NCBI GenBank assembly: GCA_046758705.1
Contig: JBHIAT010000098.1
Span: forward strand, 1 to 13,449
DNA: 13,449 nt
Source: Candidatus Bipolaricaulia bacterium
GTDB taxonomy: Bacteria > Bipolaricaulota > Bipolaricaulia > JBHIAT01
Direction: 5' to 3'
This document shows, piece after piece, positions 1-7,351 of the stretch. The notes below the pieces were generated by a model. It searched no databases. It was not told the DNA's origin and was given only the letters and a program-made list of their open reading frames with translations. The position numbers and the translations under genes are program-made. How positions within the stretch are numbered: position 1 is the stretch's first letter; every line of letters starts with the position of its first letter.

Positions 1-50
1 CCTCGCCGGATGGACCCCACTACCCCTTTTGTCATTTGCGTAAAGACTAT

Positions 51-257
51 CTACACGGTCTTCCATGGAGGAAAGTCATGAGGCAACATACGCCAAGCAA
101 TGCCGCCACGCAGCACGTAGAAGATGGCGTTGATCACCTCGCGCATGTCGGTGCTGCGAGGACGTCCACCAGGTTTGGGGAGAGGGATCAGCGGCTCCAG
201 GAGCGCCCATTCTTTATCCGTCAGGTCGGTGGGGTAAGCTTCTCTCTTTCTCTTCAT
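51..257 (-). pseudogene. IS5-family transposase N-terminal (DUF4096-type) fragment with premature stop
   Basis: [53 protein letters not shown] is the hallmark IS5 N-terminus. TAG (53..51) replaces the expected Tyr. A shifted frame downstream reads LRK*QKG*W, like a decayed FRxWxxxGxW. Confidence 0.88.
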
Positions 258-265
258 GGTGCTCT

Positions 266-274
266 ATTATACCA
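266..274 (-). promoter_or_regulatory. Extended -10 promoter (TGGTATAAT) of the transposase, probably leaderless
   Basis: A perfect TGnTATAAT lies 8 nt upstream of the ATG at 257, and there is no Shine-Dalgarno. Confidence 0.6.
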
Positions 275-292
275 CTTTTCAGACACCCTCTT

Positions 293-472
293 ATATTCAC
301 ATCCAAATTGACCAGAGCATTAAGGTTGAAGACACAGGAGGTTCAGTTTGGGCTTTTTCCAACCATAAGGAGTTTGCCATCTGATGAGGTAGTCCAGCGC
401 TTCGACCAGCTTATTCGAGAAAGTGAACCAGTCCGCACCGTGGAAACGCCGGTCTATGACTCTGCCTCGTAG
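293..472 (+). pseudogene. 3' remnant of a gene cut by the IS5 element (possibly the C-terminus of another transposase)
   Basis: The frame is open from the IS junction to TAG 470-472 (IFTSKLTRALRLKTQEVQFGLFPTIRSLPSDEVVQRFDQLIRESEPVRTVETPVYDSAS*). A plus-strand terminator follows. Confidence 0.4.
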
Positions 473-497
473 ATTTTAGATTGTGAGTGAGGTATTC

Positions 498-528
498 CAG
501 GGGAGCCTTTGGGTTCCTCTGATTTTTT
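498..528 (+). terminator. Rho-independent terminator
   Basis: 10-bp stem CAGGGGAGCC/GGTTCCTCTG with loop TTTG, followed by ATTTTTT. Two G-U pairs work only on the + strand. Confidence 0.7.
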
Positions 529-686
529 ATCCCCAACTTTTCTCTTGACAACTGACAAAGGCAAATTTGGTCGAGAATTGCGGCTTAACAGGGAAGAAGT
601 CGAGAAGCTGGGCTGGACAAAGCAAAATGCCTCAAAGTTCTTTCGTCCTTCCGTCTTTGTCAATGAGCAATGAATCCGTGGCTCTA

Positions 687-2627
687 TCAGTCTCCTGTTT
701 GCTGCCCACTGCCTCCTGCTTCCCGCCCACCCCCGAGCTTCTTATAGATCTGCTCGGCGACGCGGCGCGGCAGTCCGGGCACCTTAAGCAGCTCCTCCAG
801 GTTCGCCTCTCGAACTTCCGCCACCGAGCCAAAGTGTTCAATTAGCATCTGCTTCCGTTTCGGTCCGACACCGGGAATCCCATCCAACGCCGACTGCAGT
901 GCGCGACGCTCCCGTCGCAGCCGATGGTAGCCGAGTGCAAACCGGTGTGCCTCATCGCGAATGTGCTGGAGCAGTTGAAGCGCCCGGGTGTCATGTGGAA
1001 GGACGAGGGGTTCTGAATTGCCCGGTGTAAAAACGTGTTCGAACTGTTTGGCCAAGGCGATCGTCGGGATGCCCTCCAGGTTGAGCTCTTGCAGCACCCG
1101 GCGGGCGACCCCCAATTGCCCCTTGCCGCCGTCGACAACAATCAGGTCTGGCAACACGGCAAACTTCGCCCGTCCAATCAGCTCGCGACGTTCCGCTGCC
1201 TCCCGGCTTTCGATCGCCTCCAGCTCCCTCAAGGCTCGCCACAGACGTCGGCGGAGCATCTCGCCCATCATCGCATAGTCATCGGGACCGGACACCTCAC
1301 GGATGCGAAACCGACGATAGTCACTGCGCGTGGGCAGTCCGTTCTCGAAGACCACCATGGCGCCGACGGCATCACTCCCCTGGATGTTCGAGATGTCGTA
1401 GCACTCGATCCGCCGTGGCTCACTGCCTAAACCTAACCGTTCCTGGAGTTCGTGGAGCGCTGTCTGCCGCTGTTCGCTCAACCGCTCGGCCTTCAGTCCC
1501 TCTTCGAACAGCATCAGCTCCGCGTTGCGCGTCGCCAACCTGACAAGTCGGCGTTTGGATCCGCGTTGCGGGACCCTGAGATCGACCTTGCCACCACGAA
1601 GATGACCCAGCCAGGTGGCAATCACCGTTTCCTCCTCACCGATCGGCTCGGGCAGTAAGATCTCCTTGGGAACGGTGGTCGCCTCGACGTAGAACCTTTT
1701 CAAAAAAGCGGCCAACACCTCGGCGACGCGGGTTCCCTCAGGAGCTTCCATGAGCAGATACTCCCGGCCCCGCACCCGACCATCGCGTACGAAGAAGATC
1801 TGAATGCAGTAGAGTCCGTCCTTGCTGGTCAGACCGATCGCATCCCGTTCATCAAGCTCAGACGAAGAGACACCCTTGGTCTTTCGTTCGCCGACCAGCC
1901 GTTCCAGGTCTGCGATCTGATCGCGCAGGCGGGCGGCCCGTTCGTAATCGAACCGTTCGGCCGCTCCGGCCATCTCCTGCCTCATCTGTTTGAGGATTTG
2001 GCCGGGATGCCCCTCCAGAAAGCCGAACAGCGCCTTGATCTTCTCCCGATACACCGCTTGAGAGATCCTGGCCACGCACGGGGCGGTGCATTGTTCGATG
2101 AAGTAATCCAAGCATGGACGATCCCGGGTCGGACCAGCCTCGATGCGGTCGTTGCAGGTACGGATCGGGAACAGACGGCGGAGCAGGTTGACCGTCTCCC
2201 GCATCCGCTGGACATTGGTGTAGGGACCGAAGTAGCGGGCGCCGTCCTTCTCGACCTCCCGGGTGACCAGCAGCCTCGGGTAAGGTTCGTTTACGGTGAC
2301 CTTCAGGTAGGGGAAGCGTTTGTCATCCTTGAGCCGGACGTTGTAACGGGGCTGGTATCCCTTGATCAGGTTCTCCTCCAGCGCCAGGGCCTCCACCTCT
2401 GAGTCGGTGACGATATACTCCAGGTCGGCGACCGATTCTGCCAGCGCCCGGACCTTGCGATCGGTGCGCTGGTGGTAGACTTGGAAGTAGGAACGGACTC
2501 GGCTCTTGAGCGAAGCCGCCTTGCCGACGTAGATGACCTCGCCTTCGGCATCCCGCATCAAATAAACACCGGGTCGATCGGGAAGCAGTTTCAACTTCTG
2601 GTTCAGCGGTTCGTCCGATCTCATCAT
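687..2627 (-). CDS. uvrC: Excinuclease ABC subunit C
   Basis: GIY-YIG motif (PGVYLM..VIYVGKA..LKSRVRSYF, PRYN), Cys cluster (C..PCL..C.APC), UVR domain (FDYERAARLRD), RNase H-like domain (IECYDISN, DDYAMM, PDLIVVDGGKGQ, RDEAHRFA) and HhH (GIPGVGPKR). The start is set at ATG 2627 (or 2624) because TTG 2645 lies within the predicted promoter. Confidence 0.98.
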   Translation of the reverse strand: MMRSDEPLNQKLKLLPDRPGVYLMRDAEGEVIYVGKAASLKSRVRSYFQVYHQRTDRKVRALAESVADLEYIVTDSEVEALALEENLIKGYQPRYNVRLKDDKRFPYLKVTVNEPYPRLLVTREVEKDGARYFGPYTNVQRMRETVNLLRRLFPIRTCNDRIEAGPTRDRPCLDYFIEQCTAPCVARISQAVYREKIKALFGFLEGHPGQILKQMRQEMAGAAERFDYERAARLRDQIADLERLVGERKTKGVSSSELDERDAIGLTSKDGLYCIQIFFVRDGRVRGREYLLMEAPEGTRVAEVLAAFLKRFYVEATTVPKEILLPEPIGEEETVIATWLGHLRGGKVDLRVPQRGSKRRLVRLATRNAELMLFEEGLKAERLSEQRQTALHELQERLGLGSEPRRIECYDISNIQGSDAVGAMVVFENGLPTRSDYRRFRIREVSGPDDYAMMGEMLRRRLWRALRELEAIESREAAERRELIGRAKFAVLPDLIVVDGGKGQLGVARRVLQELNLEGIPTIALAKQFEHVFTPGNSEPLVLPHDTRALQLLQHIRDEAHRFALGYHRLRRERRALQSALDGIPGVGPKRKQMLIEHFGSVAEVREANLEELLKVPGLPRRVAEQIYKKLGGGREAGGSGQQTGD

Positions 2628-2637
2628 TCCTTTTTTG

Positions 2638-2667
2638 ATTATCAAATACTGGATTCGTATTCGTCAA
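2638..2667 (-). promoter_or_regulatory. Putative sigma70 promoter of uvrC
   Basis: TTGACG (2667..2662), an 18-nt spacer, then GATAAT (2643..2638). Confidence 0.55.
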
Positions 2668-2688
2668 CCGTCCCGGTTCCGGTATAAT
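2661..2688 (+). promoter_or_regulatory. Putative promoter of the nadM-mgtE-trmB-like operon
   Basis: Perfect TATAAT at 2683-2688 with a weak -35 (TCGTCA, 2661-2666). The GGAGGT RBS at 2712-2717 lies downstream. Confidence 0.55.
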
Positions 2689-2725
2689 ATAGCGTGAGTG
2701 CGAATTGGCTCGGAGGTGGAAGACG

Positions 2726-3253
2726 TTGCAGGTGAATGTAGTACGAGGTTTTTACGTTGGCCGGTTTCAGCCCTATCACAACGGCCACCAAGCGATGATT
2801 GCCGAGATTGCTAAGGAAGTCGATGAGCTGATCATCGCCGTCGGGAGCGCCCAGCAGAGCCACGAACTCAACAACCCGTTCACGGCGGGTGAGCGGGTCA
2901 TGATGATCAGCCGAGCCCTGACCGAGCTCGATCTCGACATCGTGACGTACGTGCTCCCGTTCGAAGACATCGAGCGCAACGCCGTCTGGGTGGCCAACAT
3001 TCACGCATTGGCCCCGCCGTTCCATGCGATCTATTCGAACAACCCATTAGTGGTTCGGTTGTTCAAGGAGGCCGGAATCGAGGTACGCAAGCTCCCGCTG
3101 CTCAACCGACAGGAGTACTCCGGCACCGAGATCCGCCGCCGGATCGTGAACGACGAGCCGTGGGAGCATCTGATGCCTGACGCCGTCTGCGGGGTCATCA
3201 AGGAGATCGATGGGGTGGGACGGCTGAAAGAGCTGGCCAAACTCGACTATTGA
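2726..3253 (+). CDS. nadM: Nicotinamide-nucleotide adenylyltransferase, stand-alone archaeal NadM type
   Basis: [10 protein letters not shown] (HxGH), GSAQ.SH...[15 protein letters not shown] and SGTEIR motifs. About 175 aa with no Nudix or kinase domain. TTG 2726 lies 8 nt after GGAGGT. Confidence 0.93.
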   Translation: MQVNVVRGFYVGRFQPYHNGHQAMIAEIAKEVDELIIAVGSAQQSHELNNPFTAGERVMMISRALTELDLDIVTYVLPFEDIERNAVWVANIHALAPPFHAIYSNNPLVVRLFKEAGIEVRKLPLLNRQEYSGTEIRRRIVNDEPWEHLMPDAVCGVIKEIDGVGRLKELAKLDY

Positions 3254-3281
3254 ATAAAGTGGATCATGATAAGGACTGCGA

Positions 3282-4643
3282 ATGGCCGAAGGGATCAGAC
3301 TGGAAGATGAGGTCGAGCGGATCCGGCTTGAGGTCAAGGTCGGAGATCTCCGATCTCTACGCCGCTACTTTAATGAGAAGCACCCGGCGGAGATCGCCCA
3401 CCTGCTCTCCTTCCTCCGTGAGGAGCATCAGGAGCGCATCTTCTCGAACATCCTCGACGACGAGACGATCGCCGAGTTGGCCGGGTTTATCGACGAGTAT
3501 CGCTACCTGGTCCTGTTGTTCAAGCGGATGCGCGTCAAGCGGCTCGTCCGTATCCTGGAGCTGATGCCGTCCGATGATCGGGTCGATCTGCTTGACGAGT
3601 TTAAAGCCCGGCGGGTGAACCGTCTCCTCGACCTGCTCAGCCAGGAAGATGCCGAGGAGACACGCCAGCTCCTGAGTTACCCAGACGACGTCGCTGGCGG
3701 GATTATGAGCGCCGAGTTCGTCACGGCCGACGAGTTGGAGACGGCCGAGGATGCTCTGGAACGGGTGCGCTGTCTCAAGGGACAGGTGGAGACGCTTTAC
3801 AATATCTATGTGATCACCGAAGACGGTCGGTTGATCGGCGTCGTCTCACTCGCGGAGGTGCTCGTTGCCGATTCCAGCACCACCATCGGTGAGATCATGA
3901 ACCCGGATGTGATCCAGGTGAACGCCTCCGACGATCAGGAACTGGTCGCCGACTTGGTCACCAACTATGACTTGTCGGCGATCCCGGTCGTCGATGATGC
4001 GGGGCGGATTGCGGGGATCGTGACCGTCGACGATGTGATCGACGTGATCCGGGACGAAGCGACTGAGGATACTTACCGGATGGCCGGCATCACCGAGCCC
4101 GACGTCGAACCTCGGGAGATCTTCGATATCGGTGCGCGCGCTCGCCATCGGCTGCCCTGGCTGTTTGTGACGCTGAGCGGTGGGGTCTTAGCTGGGACCG
4201 TCCTCAACCTGTTCGAGGACGTGCTTCAGGTGGCGATCGGGCTCGCCTATTTCGTCCCATTGGTGATGGGAATGGGCGGGAACGTCGGCACACAGGCCTC
4301 GGCTCTGGTGATCCGGGGGCTCGCACTTGGCCGGCTCGATCAGGGCCGGATCACCCGGTTCATTCTAAATCAGGCACGAGTGGGGGCGACCTTGGGGGCG
4401 GTCTTCGGGGCGATCGTGGCTGCCATGGCGACTTTGTGGCACGGGAATTCAACCATCGGCGGAGTGGTCGGCGGAGCGATGTTCGTGGATCTTATCTGGT
4501 CGGCCACCATCGGCAGCTTGCTCCCAATCCTGTTCGACAAGCTGGGCATGGATCCGGCGACCGCCTCGGGACCAATCATCACCACCATGAACGACAGCAT
4601 CGCCCTGTTGATCTACTTCGGCCTGGCAGCCGCCTTTACGTAA
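3282..4643 (+). CDS. mgtE: Magnesium transporter MgtE
   Basis: N-domain (HPAEIA, MPSDDRVDLL), YPDDVAGGIM, a CBS pair, the plug helix (EATED), RLPWL, GMGGNVGTQ, and DPATASGPIITTMND with the conserved TM5 Asp. SD AAGGA. Confidence 0.97.
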   Translation: MAEGIRLEDEVERIRLEVKVGDLRSLRRYFNEKHPAEIAHLLSFLREEHQERIFSNILDDETIAELAGFIDEYRYLVLLFKRMRVKRLVRILELMPSDDRVDLLDEFKARRVNRLLDLLSQEDAEETRQLLSYPDDVAGGIMSAEFVTADELETAEDALERVRCLKGQVETLYNIYVITEDGRLIGVVSLAEVLVADSSTTIGEIMNPDVIQVNASDDQELVADLVTNYDLSAIPVVDDAGRIAGIVTVDDVIDVIRDEATEDTYRMAGITEPDVEPREIFDIGARARHRLPWLFVTLSGGVLAGTVLNLFEDVLQVAIGLAYFVPLVMGMGGNVGTQASALVIRGLALGRLDQGRITRFILNQARVGATLGAVFGAIVAAMATLWHGNSTIGGVVGGAMFVDLIWSATIGSLLPILFDKLGMDPATASGPIITTMNDSIALLIYFGLAAAFT

Positions 4644-4660
4644 GCGAGCGTTCGGTTCAA

Positions 4661-6016
4661 ATGCCCCACCTGATCCTGCAGTATCGAGACGATCACGATT
4701 TTGATGTGCATTCACTCCTTGAGCTTCAGCTTCCGGTTCGCATCCGAACCGATTCCGTTCAGATTGTTTACAGATCCACCTTCCCGTCATATCGTCCGGG
4801 TGAGGGATCACTGGGGCTGGTTGAGATCGAACTTCAGGAGTGCGGGGCCACACGGAGATTCCTGCTCAATCTGGTTTCACAGCCTAATCGCCTGTTGCTC
4901 AAGCTCGATCTGCCCGATCAGGTTGACAAAACGTCCGGGGTGAAGGCTGCGGTGGCCCGGTTCGGAGAACTGCTGGTGCGCGAGTTCCCCGGTCTGTCTA
5001 TCGGTAACACCAACGTCAGAACCACATACGATACCGGGGATGGTCCGGAGATGGAGGCCATCGAGCTCGACCTGCTTCATGAGACCGAGATCCCGGTGGA
5101 TTGGGATCAACGGTGCGAAAATCCCCGGCCGCCGGTCGTCGTCGTCGGCTTCGGTCGCGGAGATTTTCTGATTCACCTGGCAAACCAGACGAAGCCCCAA
5201 GGTCCGATTGTCGGCTTTGAGTTCTCGCGAAGCTCGATGACCCGGGCCAAGCGCCGCGTGATCGCCGCAAGTCTGTTGGGGCAGATTCAGCTGGTCCATC
5301 TGCCCGCTGAGCTCGGGATCGGAGAACTGTTCCGCCCCGAGGGCATCGCTGCGGTCTACATCAACTTTCCCGGGCCTTGGCCCAAGGCCCGCCATGCCGA
5401 TCGCCGACTCATCCGGGCCGGTTTCATTGATCTGTTGGCCGAACAGCTCGAACCGGCCGGCCGGATCTATATCGCGACCGACGATCCGGCCTACGCTGTG
5501 GAGATCGAAGTGCTGTTTCGTGAGTGGAAAACGTTCGTACCGGTGCGAGACGAAACCGCTTACCACGGCTACACGCCGGAGCAAATCACCAAGTACGGGA
5601 AACGCTGGGCCAGACGGGGCAGGAAGATTCACCACTTTATTTATCAGAAAGTGGCTCAACCCGTCCCCCGACCTCAGGATCGATTGCTCCATCCCGGTCG
5701 GCCGGACGCAATCCGGCTTCCTCTGACAGACTCAAAGTTCAACACAAAACGGTCATCTCAGGTGGGTCGATCCCTGCGGGATGATTCAGTGTTCCTGAAG
5801 ATCCTGGCGGCATTCCAGGGGGACGGGTTTGCACTGCTCAAAACCCGGGTGGTCGATATACGGTTACGGTTTGGGTTTCACCAGACGGTCTATTGGAAGG
5901 TGGGGCCGGACGAGATCACCCTCTATCCCACCGGTCGCCCGATTCCCACGGTCGGGCTTCATCGGGCTCCGATGCTGCTCGGTGAACTGTTCGGCGACAA
6001 CCTTACCTCGCCCTGA
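4661..6016 (+). CDS. trmB: TrmB-like (tRNA m7G46 methyltransferase fold) protein, 451 aa, with N- and C-terminal extensions and a degenerate active site
   Basis: GFGRGDFL, GFE, INFPGPWPKARHADRRL, YIATDD..Y and TKY..RW identify the family. ATG 4661 lies 17 nt after the mgtE stop; the upstream GTG 4436 extension overlaps mgtE. Catalytic activity is doubtful (see findings). Confidence 0.8.
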   Translation: MPHLILQYRDDHDFDVHSLLELQLPVRIRTDSVQIVYRSTFPSYRPGEGSLGLVEIELQECGATRRFLLNLVSQPNRLLLKLDLPDQVDKTSGVKAAVARFGELLVREFPGLSIGNTNVRTTYDTGDGPEMEAIELDLLHETEIPVDWDQRCENPRPPVVVVGFGRGDFLIHLANQTKPQGPIVGFEFSRSSMTRAKRRVIAASLLGQIQLVHLPAELGIGELFRPEGIAAVYINFPGPWPKARHADRRLIRAGFIDLLAEQLEPAGRIYIATDDPAYAVEIEVLFREWKTFVPVRDETAYHGYTPEQITKYGKRWARRGRKIHHFIYQKVAQPVPRPQDRLLHPGRPDAIRLPLTDSKFNTKRSSQVGRSLRDDSVFLKILAAFQGDGFALLKTRVVDIRLRFGFHQTVYWKVGPDEITLYPTGRPIPTVGLHRAPMLLGELFGDNLTSP

Positions 6017-6024
6017 AGATCGCT

Positions 6025-6552
6025 TCAGAGTCTCTCCTGATAAAGCTTCTGGCAGTGCTTGATAACGGCTTTGGCCGCTTCCGCGTCTTCCCAGCCCAAG
6101 ACCTTGACCGGCTTGCCTTCGAGCACTTTATACGTCTCAAAAAGATAGGCGATTTCGGTCAAAGTATGTTGTGGCACGTCGTCTAGATTGTGATATTCTG
6201 TGTAGCGGGAATCTCCAACTGGCACGGCCAAAATCTTATCATCTTTCTTATAGCTGTCCAGCATGTGAAGAAGCCCGATGGGCTGCGCGACCATAATGCA
6301 GCCTGGAAACGTGGGATTCGTCACCAACACCATGACGTCGAGTGGATCGCCGTCTTCGTCGTAAGTACGCGGGATAAAGCCGTAGTCGCCCGGATAGTGC
6401 ACGGCGGAATACAGCACACGATCCAGCACCAGCGCTTTCTTCTCCACATCGTACTCGTATTTGTTTTCAGTGCCCTTGGGGTTCTCGATGACCGCGTAAA
6501 TAATCTCGGGCGGCTTCGGCCCGGTCTCTAAGTCACGCCAGTAATCGATCAT
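6025..6552 (-). CDS. ppa: Soluble family I inorganic pyrophosphatase
   Basis: E.PKG..NKYE, LDRVL, YPGDYGFIP, DGDPLDV, DDKILAVP and F.TYK.LE motifs. ATG 6552 follows an AAAGGT SD and lies downstream of a clear promoter. Confidence 0.97.
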   Translation of the reverse strand: MIDYWRDLETGPKPPEIIYAVIENPKGTENKYEYDVEKKALVLDRVLYSAVHYPGDYGFIPRTYDEDGDPLDVMVLVTNPTFPGCIMVAQPIGLLHMLDSYKKDDKILAVPVGDSRYTEYHNLDDVPQHTLTEIAYLFETYKVLEGKPVKVLGWEDAEAAKAVIKHCQKLYQERL

Positions 6553-6574
6553 AGTGCCCAACCTTTCCACCTCA

Positions 6575-6603
6575 AGCCTACGTCTGGAAGCGGGTCTTGT
6601 CAA
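6575..6603 (-). promoter_or_regulatory. sigma70 promoter of ppa
   Basis: TTGACA (6603..6598), exactly 17 nt, then TAGGCT (6580..6575). Confidence 0.7.
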
Positions 6604-6646
6604 TCCCTATAGAAGCGCGGTCGGGTTTCTACGGGAGTGAGGTGTG

Positions 6647-7351
6647 TCAGTAGGACAGGAAAGCTTTCACCAGTTTTTCCGTGCTCAACAGCTCATCACA
6701 AGGCCCGTGGAGCTCCACTTGTCCCTGGTTCAACAGGTAGCCGTAGTCAGCAAATTCCAGGATACGGCGCACGTTCTGCTCGACGATGACCAGGGTGAGG
6801 CGCTCTTCCTCGTTCAAACGTCGCAGCACGGCAAAGATCTCATCGATGACCTTGGGAGCCAGTCCCGCGGAAGGCTCATCCAACAACAGCAGTTGCGGAC
6901 GGATCATCAGCGCGCGACCCAGCTCGAGCATGCGTTGCTCCCCCCCGCTCATCGCCTGTGCCGGGTGATGCTGTTTCTGCTTTAGGACCGGGAAGATTTC
7001 AAAAACGCGCTCGATGTCTGTGGCCACCCCATCGTCGTTCCGGATGAACGCCCCCATCTGCAGGTTCTCATAGACCGATAACTGCGGAAAGACACTGCGC
7101 CGTTGCAGCACGTAAGCGATGCCTTGGCGCAGCAAGTTCCCGGGATCGCGCCCGGTGATCTCTTGACCGCGATAGTGCACCTGTCCCTGCCATGGCTTAA
7201 CCAGGCTGAACAGCGCGTTGAGCAGGGTGGATTTGCCAGAGCCATTGGGCCCGATGAGACAGACGATTTGGCCCGGCTCTACCTCGAGGGAAACCCCATG
7301 CAGGACTTCCAAATCGCCGTATCCGACCACCAGGTCCCTCACCTTAAGCAC
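6647..7351 (-). CDS. livF: Branched-chain amino acid-type (HAAT) ABC transporter ATPase, LivF-like
   Basis: Walker A GPNGSGKST, signature MSGGEQRML, LLLDEPSAGLAP and VEQN. GTG 7351 follows GGGAGG and overlaps the livG stop. Confidence 0.93.
   Translation of the reverse strand: MLKVRDLVVGYGDLEVLHGVSLEVEPGQIVCLIGPNGSGKSTLLNALFSLVKPWQGQVHYRGQEITGRDPGNLLRQGIAYVLQRRSVFPQLSVYENLQMGAFIRNDDGVATDIERVFEIFPVLKQKQHHPAQAMSGGEQRMLELGRALMIRPQLLLLDEPSAGLAPKVIDEIFAVLRRLNEEERLTLVIVEQNVRRILEFADYGYLLNQGQVELHGPCDELLSTEKLVKAFLSY

Larger units (their letters stand above)
1..290 (-). mobile_element. IS5-family (IS1031/IS427-like) insertion sequence, left part; degenerate and runs off the window edge
   Basis: The minus strand reads TAA|GAGGGTGTCTGAAAAGT (290..274). 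This resembles IS1031-group terminal inverted repeats preceded by a TNA target (291-293). A transposase ATG follows at 257. The right end is not in the window. Confidence 0.8.

Noticed and set aside
557-630. c-di-GMP-I riboswitch-like fragments (GGCAAA...GACAAAGC)
   Set aside because: The P2 stem with a GAAA tetraloop and the GACGCAAAGC spacing are absent, and there is no downstream gene on that strand.
1160-1240. Charged insertion in the UvrC RNase H-like domain (ALRELEAIESREAAERRELIGR)
   Set aside because: This loop before LPDL is length-variable across UvrC proteins.
4436-4660. 75-codon upstream extension of the TrmB-like ORF overlapping mgtE, or an MgtE-TrmB frameshift fusion
   Set aside because: There is no canonical slippery heptamer, MgtE ends at its normal C-terminus, and open alternative frames are common in GC-rich DNA. 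ATG 4661 gives a family-like MPH start.
4877-5692. 271-aa antisense ORF, and other shadow ORFs such as 10592-11308 and 2642-3025
   Set aside because: They lie opposite or inside well-supported genes, have no recognisable motifs, and are expected at high GC.
6553-6603. Longer ppa start at TTG 6603
   Set aside because: That TTG is part of the -35 box TTGACA, and homology begins at about Met 6552.
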